IMG/VR virus record: IMGVR_UViG_3300032285_000220
Span: 1-53,919 of that record
Length of the DNA: 53,919 nt
Origin: a virus
Lineage: Duplodnaviria > Caudoviricetes
Direction: 5' to 3' (one strand)
The notes beneath the pieces are model-generated. The model saw nothing but the letters and a program-made list of their open reading frames with translations. It searched no databases and was not told the origin of the DNA. The position numbers were made by a program, and so were the translations under genes. Each line of letters starts with the position of its first letter. The stretch's first letter is position 1. This document shows positions 36,282 through 46,127 of the stretch, piece after piece.

Positions 36282-39072
36282 AGGTAGAGTTATCTATCCA
36301 AATGCAGCGAACACCTGAACCGCTAATATCTAATCCTTTATGTAACACTTTAGAATCTCCTGATTTATACTTCAATACCTTATTATCTTTAAGCTTTTTA
36401 ATAAAATCCTCATAGTCTACGTTACCGAGGTCTTTTAAATATGAACGCATTATACCGCAAGGAATATAAATTGTATTAGTATCAGGCTCAATTCTGACTC
36501 GTAACTCATTGATTGGTTTCAATAAAGGAGCTTCTTGTAATCCTGTTCTTGCGTCTATAACACTGTTGATGACTAATGTATTTTTTAAGTTTTCATGTAA
36601 GAAGGTAGTCAATGTTTCCATAGCATCAAAATCACGAGCCTTAAGTTCTACTTTAGATTTATCTAATTCTAATTTAATAGCTTGTTTAACAGGTTCTAGG
36701 TTTATGTTATGGATACCTAACTGTTTAGCAATCTGTGCGCCTAAGAACACTGCAGCTAACGTAGCTGAATATTTGCGGTCTTCACCAGATATATTCCATG
36801 CCCTATCAATCTTCTCTTGAGTTTCTTTTAAAGCTATCTTAACTGCTTCAAGATTAGATATAACCCATTGAGCATAGATTTCACCTGCATGTCCATAGTT
36901 ATCAAACAATCTACCAAAGTAATCATCAGCTTCTTTTTTAGTTAAACTTGTATCTTTATCAATACGTAATTGTAAGAAACGAGCCATCTCACCTGAAGCT
37001 TTAGCATTTGATGAGAACATAACTGTTCTAAAATCTGTATTAGAAGAAACAACGCAAATTAGATTAAAGACTGTATCGTTTTGTCTTTCTTTATTTGTGC
37101 CACCACTACCCATACGATTTCTACCACGACCTGTAGACATGAATTTTAAAAACTCATGTAGTTGGTCAGGTGTTACTTTAGTAAACTCATCCACTGCTGC
37201 TGGTAAGTTATTCATATAACCCATACGATTAATAACAGAGTTTCCTGTATCACCCCATACTTGAATAAGTTTAGCTGATAGTTCAGGATTACCATATACG
37301 CTAGTCATGGCTTGTAATACTGTTGATTTGCCTTGACCTGACTCAGGATTATATAAGTTGATGACTGCTGATTTTTCTTTTGTTTTAAAAAATGGCATGA
37401 GTAATGAACCAAATGCACAAAAAAAACCAAATGCACGCAACTCCATACCAGGTCTTTCATAAACTGATATAGCCTTTTTCCATTCCTCATATGAACCTTT
37501 CTTTTGTAATGCTGGGTTCACATCATTTAAATCTTCAGATACAGGAACATACTTAATACCAAAGGCACTAATCTCACGATTACCTATAACAACTTTATTA
37601 TATATAGCATTCCAACCATATTGTTTATACATAGGTGTGGATGGTTTTTGTTTTTGATCAGCATCTACAACAGCTATGATGTAATCAATAACGTTATCTA
37701 ACTTCTTACCATTTCTAACAATACCTTTAGCAACTAAAATTTTTCTAGCTTCATCACGAGATAGTAGTTGAGTTAAAGGCGCAATAAATTCTTGGACACC
37801 TTCATGAGGTAAATGTAATTTAAACCAAGCACAGAAACCAATAGCATGATCATTTAATATTTCAACAAGATAGAAATCATAGTCATATACCATGATAGCT
37901 TCTTCATCTTCATCAGCTACAGTTTTATAAACGCCACCATTTTTTCCTCTAAAATAAGGGAATGGATAGTCAGGAATATGATAGGTTACCTCTTGACCTA
38001 GTTCTTCTGATTTAGCTTTAACAACATTATCTGCCCCTTTAGAACGTAGAATAACTCTACCTAATTCTATAGGAGATGTAATCTTACCTTTATGTTTACA
38101 TCCATCACAACCTTCAGAACGTAAGCCTTCAAATTGCCTACAAGTATGGGGTCCTGGAATAGCACTAGCTTTAGCTTCTGTTTTAGCATAGTCATAATCA
38201 GGATGATGTTTAGATATATTATGTATAGCAGCTTCAGAGTCTTCACAGTATGCTGCAATAGATAAACCTGATCTCCATAGAGGTTCTTCTACTGTTGCTT
38301 GTTTAGTCATAATATGAACTAGTTGAGCGCAGCCATCATCTTTACGGCAACGTTCAATAATCTTCATAAATTTAGATGAGTTGTTTCCTAGTATAGCTTT
38401 AGTAGCTTCATCTAATGGGCGTTTGGCTCTAGGTTTATCTGTAAGATGAATAGGAATAAGACTTGCTAATTCATCAAAAGGTGTAGGTGTGCCAACATTA
38501 AGCACAGTCACATCTTCAGGTTTAGCAATATCTTTATAGTTTTTTGTGCCAGGAACTCTTAAGATACGAGCCATATCAGCAGTGCAAGCACCATCAGCTT
38601 TAAGTCCATGTTTAGCACATAAGAACTTTAAGCCTTCAGCAACAGGTTGCCATATAGCTTTATCTACAGGTTCAGTAAAAGGCCAATAACAATGAATGCC
38701 TCTACCTGAATCTACAATAGTGGGTGCAGGAAGTTGTGTTGTATCTGTGAAAGAACGTAACGCTACTAACGCTGCGTCTTTAGTTTCATAGTCTTTCCAT
38801 TTGCGCTTCTTTGTATCAAAGCCACAGTCTATATCAAGCCATAGAATACGTTGTTCTTTAGCATTTGTTTTCTTGCGTTCTGTTGGTTCAATATATGTTG
38901 AACATGCAAAGTAAACATCTTGTTTATCTACTAGTAATTTATTTACTACTTCAATTGCTTCGTCTATGGAATTTATAAACTTAGGAACTACTACATTTTG
39001 TTGGTCTTTACCGAGGATACAATAATATCCTTGATCAGGCCATACTTGTTGTAAAAATTCTTTTGTTTGCAT
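36226..39072 (-). CDS. DNA primase-helicase (RepB/AEP-like primase plus DUF927 helicase)
   Basis: WLDIDCG, VDSGRGIHCYW and ARILRVPGT primase motifs; C-x8-C-x2-C cluster; Walker A ESGQGKST and Walker B AAVDE. Confidence 0.85.
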   Translation of the reverse strand: MQTKEFLQQVWPDQGYYCILGKDQQNVVVPKFINSIDEAIEVVNKLLVDKQDVYFACSTYIEPTERKKTNAKEQRILWLDIDCGFDTKKRKWKDYETKDAALVALRSFTDTTQLPAPTIVDSGRGIHCYWPFTEPVDKAIWQPVAEGLKFLCAKHGLKADGACTADMARILRVPGTKNYKDIAKPEDVTVLNVGTPTPFDELASLIPIHLTDKPRAKRPLDEATKAILGNNSSKFMKIIERCRKDDGCAQLVHIMTKQATVEEPLWRSGLSIAAYCEDSEAAIHNISKHHPDYDYAKTEAKASAIPGPHTCRQFEGLRSEGCDGCKHKGKITSPIELGRVILRSKGADNVVKAKSEELGQEVTYHIPDYPFPYFRGKNGGVYKTVADEDEEAIMVYDYDFYLVEILNDHAIGFCAWFKLHLPHEGVQEFIAPLTQLLSRDEARKILVAKGIVRNGKKLDNVIDYIIAVVDADQKQKPSTPMYKQYGWNAIYNKVVIGNREISAFGIKYVPVSEDLNDVNPALQKKGSYEEWKKAISVYERPGMELRAFGFFCAFGSLLMPFFKTKEKSAVINLYNPESGQGKSTVLQAMTSVYGNPELSAKLIQVWGDTGNSVINRMGYMNNLPAAVDEFTKVTPDQLHEFLKFMSTGRGRNRMGSGGTNKERQNDTVFNLICVVSSNTDFRTVMFSSNAKASGEMARFLQLRIDKDTSLTKKEADDYFGRLFDNYGHAGEIYAQWVISNLEAVKIALKETQEKIDRAWNISGEDRKYSATLAAVFLGAQIAKQLGIHNINLEPVKQAIKLELDKSKVELKARDFDAMETLTTFLHENLKNTLVINSVIDARTGLQEAPLLKPINELRVRIEPDTNTIYIPCGIMRSYLKDLGNVDYEDFIKKLKDNKVLKYKSGDSKVLHKGLDISGSGVRCIWIDNSTFEGIKTNDLPLDIPRSVN

Positions 39073-39098
39073 TTTTCTCTCAAAATGTTGTGCTGCTT

Positions 39099-39131
39099 AA
39101 AATAGGTGGGGCATTATTTAGCTTTGCCCCA
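39099..39131 (-). terminator. Possible weak terminator/hairpin before the primase gene
   Basis: TGGGGCA (39107-39113) / TGCCCCA (39125-39131) stem; CCTATTTT follows on the - strand. Confidence 0.35.
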
Positions 39132-39137
39132 AAGCTT

Positions 39138-39365
39138 TTACTTGTTAAGATTAACAATCAATTCTTTAATCTTTTGGTCAAGTTTTCTAGATGGTTTTGC
39201 TTTACCCGAAAACCAATCATACACCGTTTGCCTCGAAACGTTAAGCGCTTTCGCTACTTGACTAGCAGGGTATTTTAGTGATATGCAGACCGCACCTAAT
39301 AATGTCCCTGTAGTCTCTTTAGCTTTAGCATTAGCTTCGATTACTACTTGGGAGTAACCACGCAT
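39138..39365 (-). CDS. XRE/Cro-like HTH protein
   Basis: ASQVAKALNVSRQTVYDWFSGKAKP helix-turn-helix. Confidence 0.8.
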   Translation of the reverse strand: MRGYSQVVIEANAKAKETTGTLLGAVCISLKYPASQVAKALNVSRQTVYDWFSGKAKPSRKLDQKIKELIVNLNK

Positions 39366-39367
39366 GA

Positions 39368-40279
39368 TTACGCCCAATCTGATACTAGATCATCTAAACT
39401 TACATCACCTTGATCTGCTTTAGGTGCTGGTTTAGGTGGAGGCGGTGCCACAGGTTTTTCTGCTGCACGAACTGTTGGTTCAGGAATTTCATCAATCACT
39501 TCAAGTGGTTTAGGACGTTGAATAGGTTGTTGTTTCTTTTGTTCAAACTCTTCACCATCTTCATCTTTGTTAATGTTTACTGATAATGTAATAGCACGTT
39601 TAGCTTCTTCTGAAGTTGACTTCGTGGCACATACTCCATACTCTTCATCATTAAGAATACGAATAGCTTTGAAACCAATCTTAGTGCTTGATGAATCTTC
39701 ATCAAAAGATACGCGTGATACAACAGACATTAAGTTTTGACCATTAGCACGAACGTAATCTGTATATTCATGTAATGGTTTACAATCTTTTGTGCCATTA
39801 CCAAAGATAGATTGAGCAGGTAAAGTCATTTGATAAACATCACCATTCATATCATCAGCACGAACTACAGCAATACGTCTACTAAAGCGACATGCTTTTG
39901 TTCCATTAGCGCCAGAACCTTTAATGTTTTGTGGGCATGACAAGCATGATGTAGCTTGTGGTTCTTGAACTGTTGGGTCTGGTGCTTGACTATCAGATGT
40001 CCAACATGTTGGAGGTGGCATCTTTTCACCAGGCACATATGCTTTAGAGAAATACATTCTGTGAACGTGTGGTGATGCATTAACAATAACTACATCGAGT
40101 GCGTCTTGATTTGACTTCTCAACTTCTTTACCGTTAACCATTAATCTAAATTTACCACCACGTATAGAAATACGTTTAGCAGTCGTTGAACTACCTGTGA
40201 TGTTAGCTGTAAAGCCATCATCTCTACGTGAAGTTGTTGCTACTGCGGTGCTACCAAATACGTCTAATTCGTTACTCAT
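39368..40279 (-). CDS. Putative ssDNA-binding/replication protein
   Basis: RISIRGGKFR, PPTCWTSD, CLSCPQNIKGS...ACRFSRRIAV; Pro-rich linker and acidic/aromatic tail (DDLVSDWA); AGGAGG RBS. Confidence 0.55.
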   Translation of the reverse strand: MSNELDVFGSTAVATTSRRDDGFTANITGSSTTAKRISIRGGKFRLMVNGKEVEKSNQDALDVVIVNASPHVHRMYFSKAYVPGEKMPPPTCWTSDSQAPDPTVQEPQATSCLSCPQNIKGSGANGTKACRFSRRIAVVRADDMNGDVYQMTLPAQSIFGNGTKDCKPLHEYTDYVRANGQNLMSVVSRVSFDEDSSSTKIGFKAIRILNDEEYGVCATKSTSEEAKRAITLSVNINKDEDGEEFEQKKQQPIQRPKPLEVIDEIPEPTVRAAEKPVAPPPPKPAPKADQGDVSLDDLVSDWA

Positions 40280-40680
40280 ACTTCCTCCTTAGTTCTACTT
40301 TTAGTTATTCTTACTGTGTATTCACTTGTTGCTTGTAAACCTGGCGGTGCTTTGTCAGGATTCTGCTCTAAGTATTCTTTAATTGCTGATTGCACTAATC
40401 TTTTTTCAAAAAACTCAGGCAATTTATTTTCTAATATAAAGTCATACATACTAGGCCAATCGCTTGACCAATATCTAGTCTTTAATGTTCTTGATAGTGT
40501 TCCAACTTTAGTTTTCAAACTAGTTACGTTAAGTGTCCTACATGCTTCATTAAGTGCAAGATCAATCTTATCTTTTTGCACTTTAATATTTGTGATTTCA
40601 TTTTCTAACTCCTCAATCTTATCTCTCATGTTGACAGATGCCTGCATGAGTTTTTCTATCTTATTATCATCTAATTCCAT
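40276..40680 (-). CDS. Conserved phage replication-module protein
   Basis: AGGAG RBS before MELDD; coiled-coil N-terminus; DW..MYDFI.EN...FEKR...PPGL motif. Confidence 0.6.
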   Translation of the reverse strand: MELDDNKIEKLMQASVNMRDKIEELENEITNIKVQKDKIDLALNEACRTLNVTSLKTKVGTLSRTLKTRYWSSDWPSMYDFILENKLPEFFEKRLVQSAIKEYLEQNPDKAPPGLQATSEYTVRITKSRTKEEV

Positions 40681-40709
40681 ATTCTCTCCTTTCAAATCTT
40701 AAGGATAAC

Positions 40710-40737
40710 AGTATAACATACTTATTTACAATGTCAA
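40710..40737 (-). promoter_or_regulatory. Sigma70-type promoter
   Basis: On - strand TTGACA-16 nt-TATACT, with TG upstream of the -10. Confidence 0.7.
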
Positions 40738-41228
40738 CTTACTTTTCTTATTTCGTATAAATCTTTTCCATGGGTAGCTAATACCCATAGAGCAAAATTT
40801 ATGAGTTCTTTTGGGGTAGCACTACTTTTCATAGTATTAGCTTTGTTGCTTATTATGTGTATATTTCCCTGTATATAACCTTTAGTATTATCCATTCTGT
40901 CTATTGATGGTGAGTTAGTAGTAGGCCCTGTTTTACCTCCTTCTATACTTTCTTTTATAATAGGTATTCCTAATATAGGACAGACTAAAGGTATAACTAT
41001 ATCAGTAGGACTTATATCAAACTCAAGATTATTCTTTTTAGCTCTATGTCTAGTAGAATATATAATGGCTTTTTCGGGACTATTAGCTACTAACTTTCTT
41101 CTACTCGCTGCTTTTAATCCAGGGTGTTTTTTATGCCATGCATTTTGATAGGCATTATATTTAGCTCTATTTTTATCACGCCATTTTTTACAGTATTCTC
41201 TTTGTTCTTCTAATGATTTAAACCCCAT
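40734..41228 (-). CDS. HNH-like endonuclease
   Basis: CPILG...SPSIDRMDNTKGY..GNIHIISNKANTMK; GAGGAG RBS before MGFKS. Confidence 0.75.
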   Translation of the reverse strand: MGFKSLEEQREYCKKWRDKNRAKYNAYQNAWHKKHPGLKAASRRKLVANSPEKAIIYSTRHRAKKNNLEFDISPTDIVIPLVCPILGIPIIKESIEGGKTGPTTNSPSIDRMDNTKGYIQGNIHIISNKANTMKSSATPKELINFALWVLATHGKDLYEIRKVS

Positions 41229-42780
41229 CTGCAAACTCCTCTTTATACAGATCAACTAGTTTAGTATGCGTGTCGATTTTTCCCTGCAACATTTTATAAA
41301 TTTTTTGTTCAACGGGGGAACCTTGTAGGTGGACTACGGTCATCTTGTTTTTTTGTCCCGCCCTATCAACACGAGCGCAACATTGAATATATGTTTCAAC
41401 AGACATCACGGGTGACCAAAACACAACGACATTTGCTGCGTGGAGGGTAACGCCATGTGATGCAGCTTGAGGTTGGATCACCAATACTTGGGGGTCTTTC
41501 TTTTCTTGGAAATTTTTAAATATCTCTGAACGATTATTCATAGATACATCTCCATGTATTGCAGCGCATGTAATATGGTCTTTGTTTAACTCTCCCATAA
41601 TTTTTTCAATACTATGTCTGAATGGGCAAAAGATGAGAACTTTGTGGCTGGCTTCTTCTATGATTTCTTTAAGAGCAGTCATGCGGTTAGATATATCAAA
41701 CTCAATAATCTCTTGTGTATCTGAATAGATAGCACCTGCACTTACTTGTAGTAATTTAGTGAGCATAACCCCTGCATTGACCACAGTAATCTCTTCACCT
41801 GAAGCTTCCATATACATATCTTTTTTAAGCTTCTTATAATACTTATCTTGTTGTGGTGTGAGAGGAACTTCTCGAGTGGTATATAGAACGTCAGGTAAAT
41901 CCAAACATTCATCTTTGGTATATCGAATGGCAGGCTGTAATGTTTTAAATACAATATCCTGTGCATTAAATCTAGGCACCCAGGTGAACTGACTGACTTT
42001 TTGCATTACCATGTCCTTAAATGTTCCTGCATATTTCGGAACGGATGCGGGGTTCACAAGTCGAGCCAGTCCATATGCGTCAGCTGGTGATTGAGCAGCG
42101 GGTGTTCCTGTCATAAGCCATAACCATGTCTGAGGGGTAAGCACACGATTTAATGACTTCCAGCGACGTGTCGTGACAGTCTTGACATAGTTAGCCTCAT
42201 CGACAACTATTAAATCAAAACCGCCAGATTTAATTTCTTTCTCTACAATTTCTATGCCGTCATAGTTAATTATAACTACGTCTGTATTTTCTGCAAATAC
42301 TTTTTTTCTTTTCTCAGCACTACCATGAGCAATACCTACTGATCTATGCATAGCAGTTTTAAAGAAGTCTGTTTGCCATGCTGCTTGCATAATAGATAGA
42401 GGACATACTACAAGCATGCGTCTTATTTTACCTTGATTCATTAAGTAATCAGCTGCCCATATAACAGCAGATGTTTTACCCGTGCCTGCTTCACTTAAAC
42501 AATAAGCACGTCTATGTGCTGATAAGAATTCAGCTGTTGTTTTTTGATGATCAAACGGTTTATGAATACCTGGAAAGTTGTAGTCACGTGTTATAGGTGA
42601 CGGGGGGTTTTTAACTTTCATGTCTGATAATGTAAGCACTTCATCTAATCCCCAATTCACAGCAATTTGGGTTACACCATTATCATAAGATTTAAGAACC
42701 TTACTCTTAGGTATCTTATCTAAAATTAATTCAGGGCGTTTTGTATTTACAATCAACGCTTTATCTTTATATACTTCCAA
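41218..42780 (-). CDS. SNF2-family helicase
   Basis: EAGTGKT, VVDEA, MTGTP, Q..ARVDR.GQ motifs; TTG start with AGGAG RBS. Confidence 0.9.
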   Translation of the reverse strand: MEVYKDKALIVNTKRPELILDKIPKSKVLKSYDNGVTQIAVNWGLDEVLTLSDMKVKNPPSPITRDYNFPGIHKPFDHQKTTAEFLSAHRRAYCLSEAGTGKTSAVIWAADYLMNQGKIRRMLVVCPLSIMQAAWQTDFFKTAMHRSVGIAHGSAEKRKKVFAENTDVVIINYDGIEIVEKEIKSGGFDLIVVDEANYVKTVTTRRWKSLNRVLTPQTWLWLMTGTPAAQSPADAYGLARLVNPASVPKYAGTFKDMVMQKVSQFTWVPRFNAQDIVFKTLQPAIRYTKDECLDLPDVLYTTREVPLTPQQDKYYKKLKKDMYMEASGEEITVVNAGVMLTKLLQVSAGAIYSDTQEIIEFDISNRMTALKEIIEEASHKVLIFCPFRHSIEKIMGELNKDHITCAAIHGDVSMNNRSEIFKNFQEKKDPQVLVIQPQAASHGVTLHAANVVVFWSPVMSVETYIQCCARVDRAGQKNKMTVVHLQGSPVEQKIYKMLQGKIDTHTKLVDLYKEEFADGV

Positions 42781-42797
42781 TGCAATCTCCTAGTGAT

Positions 42798-42837
42798 AAA
42801 AATAGACGCGCCACCGAGAGAGGTAGTGACGCGCCTA
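42798..42837 (-). terminator. Terminator-like hairpin in the helicase leader
   Basis: - strand TAGGCGCGTCAC...GTGGCGCGTCTA (12 bp with G-U pairs) followed by TTTTT. Confidence 0.65.
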
Positions 42838-42920
42838 CACTGCTAACACACAAAGTTTTTTATTATCATGAGGTCTCTGTTGTTAGCTGACGTGGTTTTG
42901 CCGCACTCACGCCTAGCGGT
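42798..42920 (-). ncRNA. Candidate cis-regulatory structured RNA
   Basis: Hairpin 42901-42919 with a loop pseudoknot to 42889-42894; stem 42842-42848/42881-42887; terminator hairpin downstream. Confidence 0.4.
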
Positions 42921-42926
42921 GATCTG

Positions 42927-43244
42927 TTACGTTTTATTCTTCTTACCTTCTTTAGCTTCTTTAGCTTTAATCTTTTTACTTGGAACATTTCTCTTTAAAG
43001 AATGATCGCTGTTTCTATCGTATGAGTCATTAAGATTTGCATCTACAACACGCATATTACTTGGAACATTCTTACCACCTTTACTTAAAGGAACGATATG
43101 ATCTACTGCCATTCCATCACCCTTATGAACTTTACCAGCTTTTAGCATCATTCGTCTAGCTTTATTTCTAGCTACACGTTTAGCTATTTGGTCAGGTTGT
43201 GACTTATATTCATTCTCTTTTTTATAATCTCTTTTAGTTGCCAT
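42927..43244 (-). CDS. HNH endonuclease-like small basic protein
   Basis: VDHIVPLSKGGKN...NMRVV...N; start at MATKRDY coupled to the upstream stop. Confidence 0.75.
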   Translation of the reverse strand: MATKRDYKKENEYKSQPDQIAKRVARNKARRMMLKAGKVHKGDGMAVDHIVPLSKGGKNVPSNMRVVDANLNDSYDRNSDHSLKRNVPSKKIKAKEAKEGKKNKT

Positions 43245-43918
43245 TATTTTCCCCAATGTGAACATGATTGAACAGGGCAGAACTTCCTACATGCGAAGTT
43301 AGGGCTTGCATTGAAAACCCCTGTCTGATGGGCAGTGTCTATCCTATGCGTTATTTTACCCCATTCAGCAAACATTTCATCTACTTTGTCAACACTATAA
43401 TCTTCCTTTAATATCTCTTTACTTACCAAGAATACCAATCCAGACTTGACTTTTTGCATATCTGGGAAGTGTTTAAATATAGCTACACTAAACAACGATA
43501 GCTGTCTCGTATCGGCATACTGACTTGATTTGCCTGTTTTATAATCGATCAAGGTAGCTAACTTAGTCTCAGGGTTGATAACAAGTAAGTCAACAACACC
43601 ACGCCACCATACATTCGGTGCAAAGAAATCACAGGGTTGTAAGTCTTTAGTTAAGCCTAGCTTATACTCACAATATTTATCACCTGGAATTGCTATTAGC
43701 TTATCAAGCGTTGGCTTAAACATATCAAACTTCTCAGGCAGTGGAGTTGCGTTCTTAACGTATAACTCACAAGCTTTGTGAACTTCGTTGCCATAAAGGA
43801 AATGTTCTGTATTCGGGTCTTGCTTAATATCTTTAGCTACATACAGGTGATAATATTGCTTAGGACATTTCTCAAATGTAGTAGCACTTGAGTAAGACCA
43901 CGTTTTAAGTTCAGCCAT
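43244..43918 (-). CDS. PD-(D/E)XK (RecB/Cas4-like) exonuclease
   Basis: WSYS...FEKCP; G..VH; RGVVDL...IDYKTG; QL.LF; C-terminal C..CP...C Fe-S-type cysteines. Confidence 0.85.
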   Translation of the reverse strand: MAELKTWSYSSATTFEKCPKQYYHLYVAKDIKQDPNTEHFLYGNEVHKACELYVKNATPLPEKFDMFKPTLDKLIAIPGDKYCEYKLGLTKDLQPCDFFAPNVWWRGVVDLLVINPETKLATLIDYKTGKSSQYADTRQLSLFSVAIFKHFPDMQKVKSGLVFLVSKEILKEDYSVDKVDEMFAEWGKITHRIDTAHQTGVFNASPNFACRKFCPVQSCSHWGK

Positions 43919-44093
43919 TTGTTTTCCTATGTAATTCTTTCATGATCTTTGCACGTTTCTTGCCTGTTGGTTCTGTCTTAGCAAGGGCTTCTTCTAACTG
44001 TTTGATTGTGTATGCTTTGTATTTAGGTCTATCATTATGGGTAAGCATAGGTTTATTATGCCGTCTACTTTTGTGTATCTGTTGTGTCGCCAT
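43911..44093 (-). CDS. Hypothetical basic protein
   Basis: 60-aa ORF overlapping both neighbours in the operon. Confidence 0.55.
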   Translation of the reverse strand: MATQQIHKSRRHNKPMLTHNDRPKYKAYTIKQLEEALAKTEPTGKKRAKIMKELHRKTNG

Positions 44094-44301
44094 CTTCTAC
44101 CCTTTCTACTTCACCTGTTGATTTATTAAGTTCGTATGTGTAGTGTAATCCATCGTTACCATTCTGACCTACTATATCAATACGAGATTCTTCTTTCTTT
44201 TTCTTACCAAAAATACGTTCAAAGTTTTCTTCAAACTGTTTACTGTTAGGTTTAGATTGTAACCAATCACCTGTGACATCATTTTGTGCAGTCTTTTTCA
44301 T
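44065..44301 (-). CDS. Hypothetical protein
   Basis: NDVTGD.LQSK...FEENFERIF and RIDIVGQNGNDGLHY motifs; TAATG coupling to polA. Confidence 0.6.
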   Translation of the reverse strand: MKKTAQNDVTGDWLQSKPNSKQFEENFERIFGKKKKEESRIDIVGQNGNDGLHYTYELNKSTGEVERVEDGDTTDTQK

Positions 44302-46127
44302 TATTTAGCATCCATGTAGTTATCACCAACACCTACTTCACAACCAAGTGGTAAGTCACTACACCAATTAGGTGCCGTAGTCATACACTTCTCAACGTAG
44401 GCTTTACATTCATCTACTTCGTTATCTTTACACAACATCACAAGTTCGTCATGGACTGTCATTACGACAGGATACCTTTTCGCTACTTGGATTAATTGTT
44501 CTGCAATTATATCACGAGCAAGGGATTGTATACAACGTTGAAATGTTTTAGATGGGTGTATATATTCAGGGATTAAAGTTCTTCCCATTAACTTATCATA
44601 TGCCCATGACTCACCTGTATCTGTCTTTAGTTTCCTTAAGTTAGGTAAGCCTAACAACATACCATTAGGTTTCATCATGCCTTCATAAGGGACACTAGAT
44701 ACTATCCCACCATTACCCATTGTATAGTGTTGACCTGCTCTTACTGACTCAAGCATAGTTCCTGCATCTTGCCATGCCTCAACCAATTCGGGATTAGCTT
44801 TACGATATGCATACACGATGTTCTTAACTTCTTGTATATCTTTTTCAACTCCACCTTGTTTTAAGATTGAGTGCATCTTGTTAGCACCTACACCATAAAT
44901 ACCTGATAAGTTTACTACCTTAAATATAAAGCGTAAGTCTTTAGATACTTCATCATAAGGTGTTCCTGTAATGTCTGCGGCAGATTGTTTATATAAATCA
45001 ATACCATCTTTAATCTGTTGTATCTTGCCATGTGATTGTGCAAACCAATAGGCTAACCTTAATTCAATATTACTAAGGTCTGAGGCTACTAATTTATAAC
45101 CTTTTGGCGCACATATAGCTCGTCTTAGCTCTGATGTTCTTGGTAAGTTTTGTAAGTTAATACCATCTACACCACTCCATCTATGAGATACCACTGCACC
45201 TGCATACTTCAATGGCACAGGTAGCTTACCTCTGTTGGCTATTTGAATAAAGTTCTCTGTTCTTGTTTCTTCAATTGTCGACTTGTTGCCGATACGCGCA
45301 GCCGCCAAAGCTTGAACGTATGGATTATCATGTTCCAATAGTTCTTTAAATCCTTCATCTGTTTTGGCAAACGCATAAGCTTCCTTTCCTGTAGTAGCAC
45401 TTATCTTTGTGGGGGGAGTAACCCCTTGTTCGATGAGGAGTTCTGCGAACTTAGGATTACTCATTAATAACTCTTTGTCTACTGAGACTGATGCTAGTAG
45501 CTTTTCTTTAGCTTCTTTAACTTCGTGGAGGTGACGTAGTAATAAACCTTTATTTAGTTCTAGCTTAGGTTCTGTAAACATACGGATAGTTAAATCAATA
45601 AGCTTCATCTCAGGTGCAGTAAACTTATCTTTTAACTCGGTGAATAATTCGTAGGTAAGTTCTACGTCATTAATACAATACTGACCATACTTAGCTAAGT
45701 CATTATGGGTAAAGTCTAATCGTCTTTTACCTAAGGCATCTAAAACTTCTGTGCCTTTCTCACCTAACTGATATAGTTGTGATAGGTTAGCTAATGATAC
45801 TGACTCTTTTAAACCATGTAGGATTTGAGCCATACTCATAGTATCGAATAAACCTAATGGGTGTATATCAAATATCCATGATAGGATTGCCGCATCAAAC
45901 CTCATGTTATGTCCTAACACAAAGTGTTCATGCATATTATATGAGTCTAGGAAAGCTTTGGTCTCAGCGTGTGTTCCTGTAAACCATTTAGTCACACCCT
46001 TATCTTTGACTGCTACACCTATAACTTCAAACTTTTCATCTCGTATATATTGCTCGGTAGTAAACTTCTTTAACCCATACTCTTTATCGTAGTATGTTTC
46101 AAAGTCAATCGTGATTAAGTTAGGCAT
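44301..46127 (-). CDS. polA: DNA polymerase, family A (3'-5' exonuclease plus polymerase)
   Basis: Exo I DFETYY, HNMRFD, YCINDV; NLQNLP; motif A DLSNIELR; motif B R...KVVNLSGIYG; motif C VHDE. Start at MPNLITID with AAGGA RBS. Confidence 0.9.
   Translation of the reverse strand: MPNLITIDFETYYDKEYGLKKFTTEQYIRDEKFEVIGVAVKDKGVTKWFTGTHAETKAFLDSYNMHEHFVLGHNMRFDAAILSWIFDIHPLGLFDTMSMAQILHGLKESVSLANLSQLYQLGEKGTEVLDALGKRRLDFTHNDLAKYGQYCINDVELTYELFTELKDKFTAPEMKLIDLTIRMFTEPKLELNKGLLLRHLHEVKEAKEKLLASVSVDKELLMSNPKFAELLIEQGVTPPTKISATTGKEAYAFAKTDEGFKELLEHDNPYVQALAAARIGNKSTIEETRTENFIQIANRGKLPVPLKYAGAVVSHRWSGVDGINLQNLPRTSELRRAICAPKGYKLVASDLSNIELRLAYWFAQSHGKIQQIKDGIDLYKQSAADITGTPYDEVSKDLRFIFKVVNLSGIYGVGANKMHSILKQGGVEKDIQEVKNIVYAYRKANPELVEAWQDAGTMLESVRAGQHYTMGNGGIVSSVPYEGMMKPNGMLLGLPNLRKLKTDTGESWAYDKLMGRTLIPEYIHPSKTFQRCIQSLARDIIAEQLIQVAKRYPVVMTVHDELVMLCKDNEVDECKAYVEKCMTTAPNWCSDLPLGCEVGVGDNYMDAK

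Noticed and set aside
42798-42920. Known ribozyme or c-di-GMP riboswitch in the helicase leader
   Set aside because: GGCAAAACC and the nested stems are suggestive, but the conserved cores of GEMM, hammerhead, twister, pistol and HDV-like RNAs could not be matched by eye.
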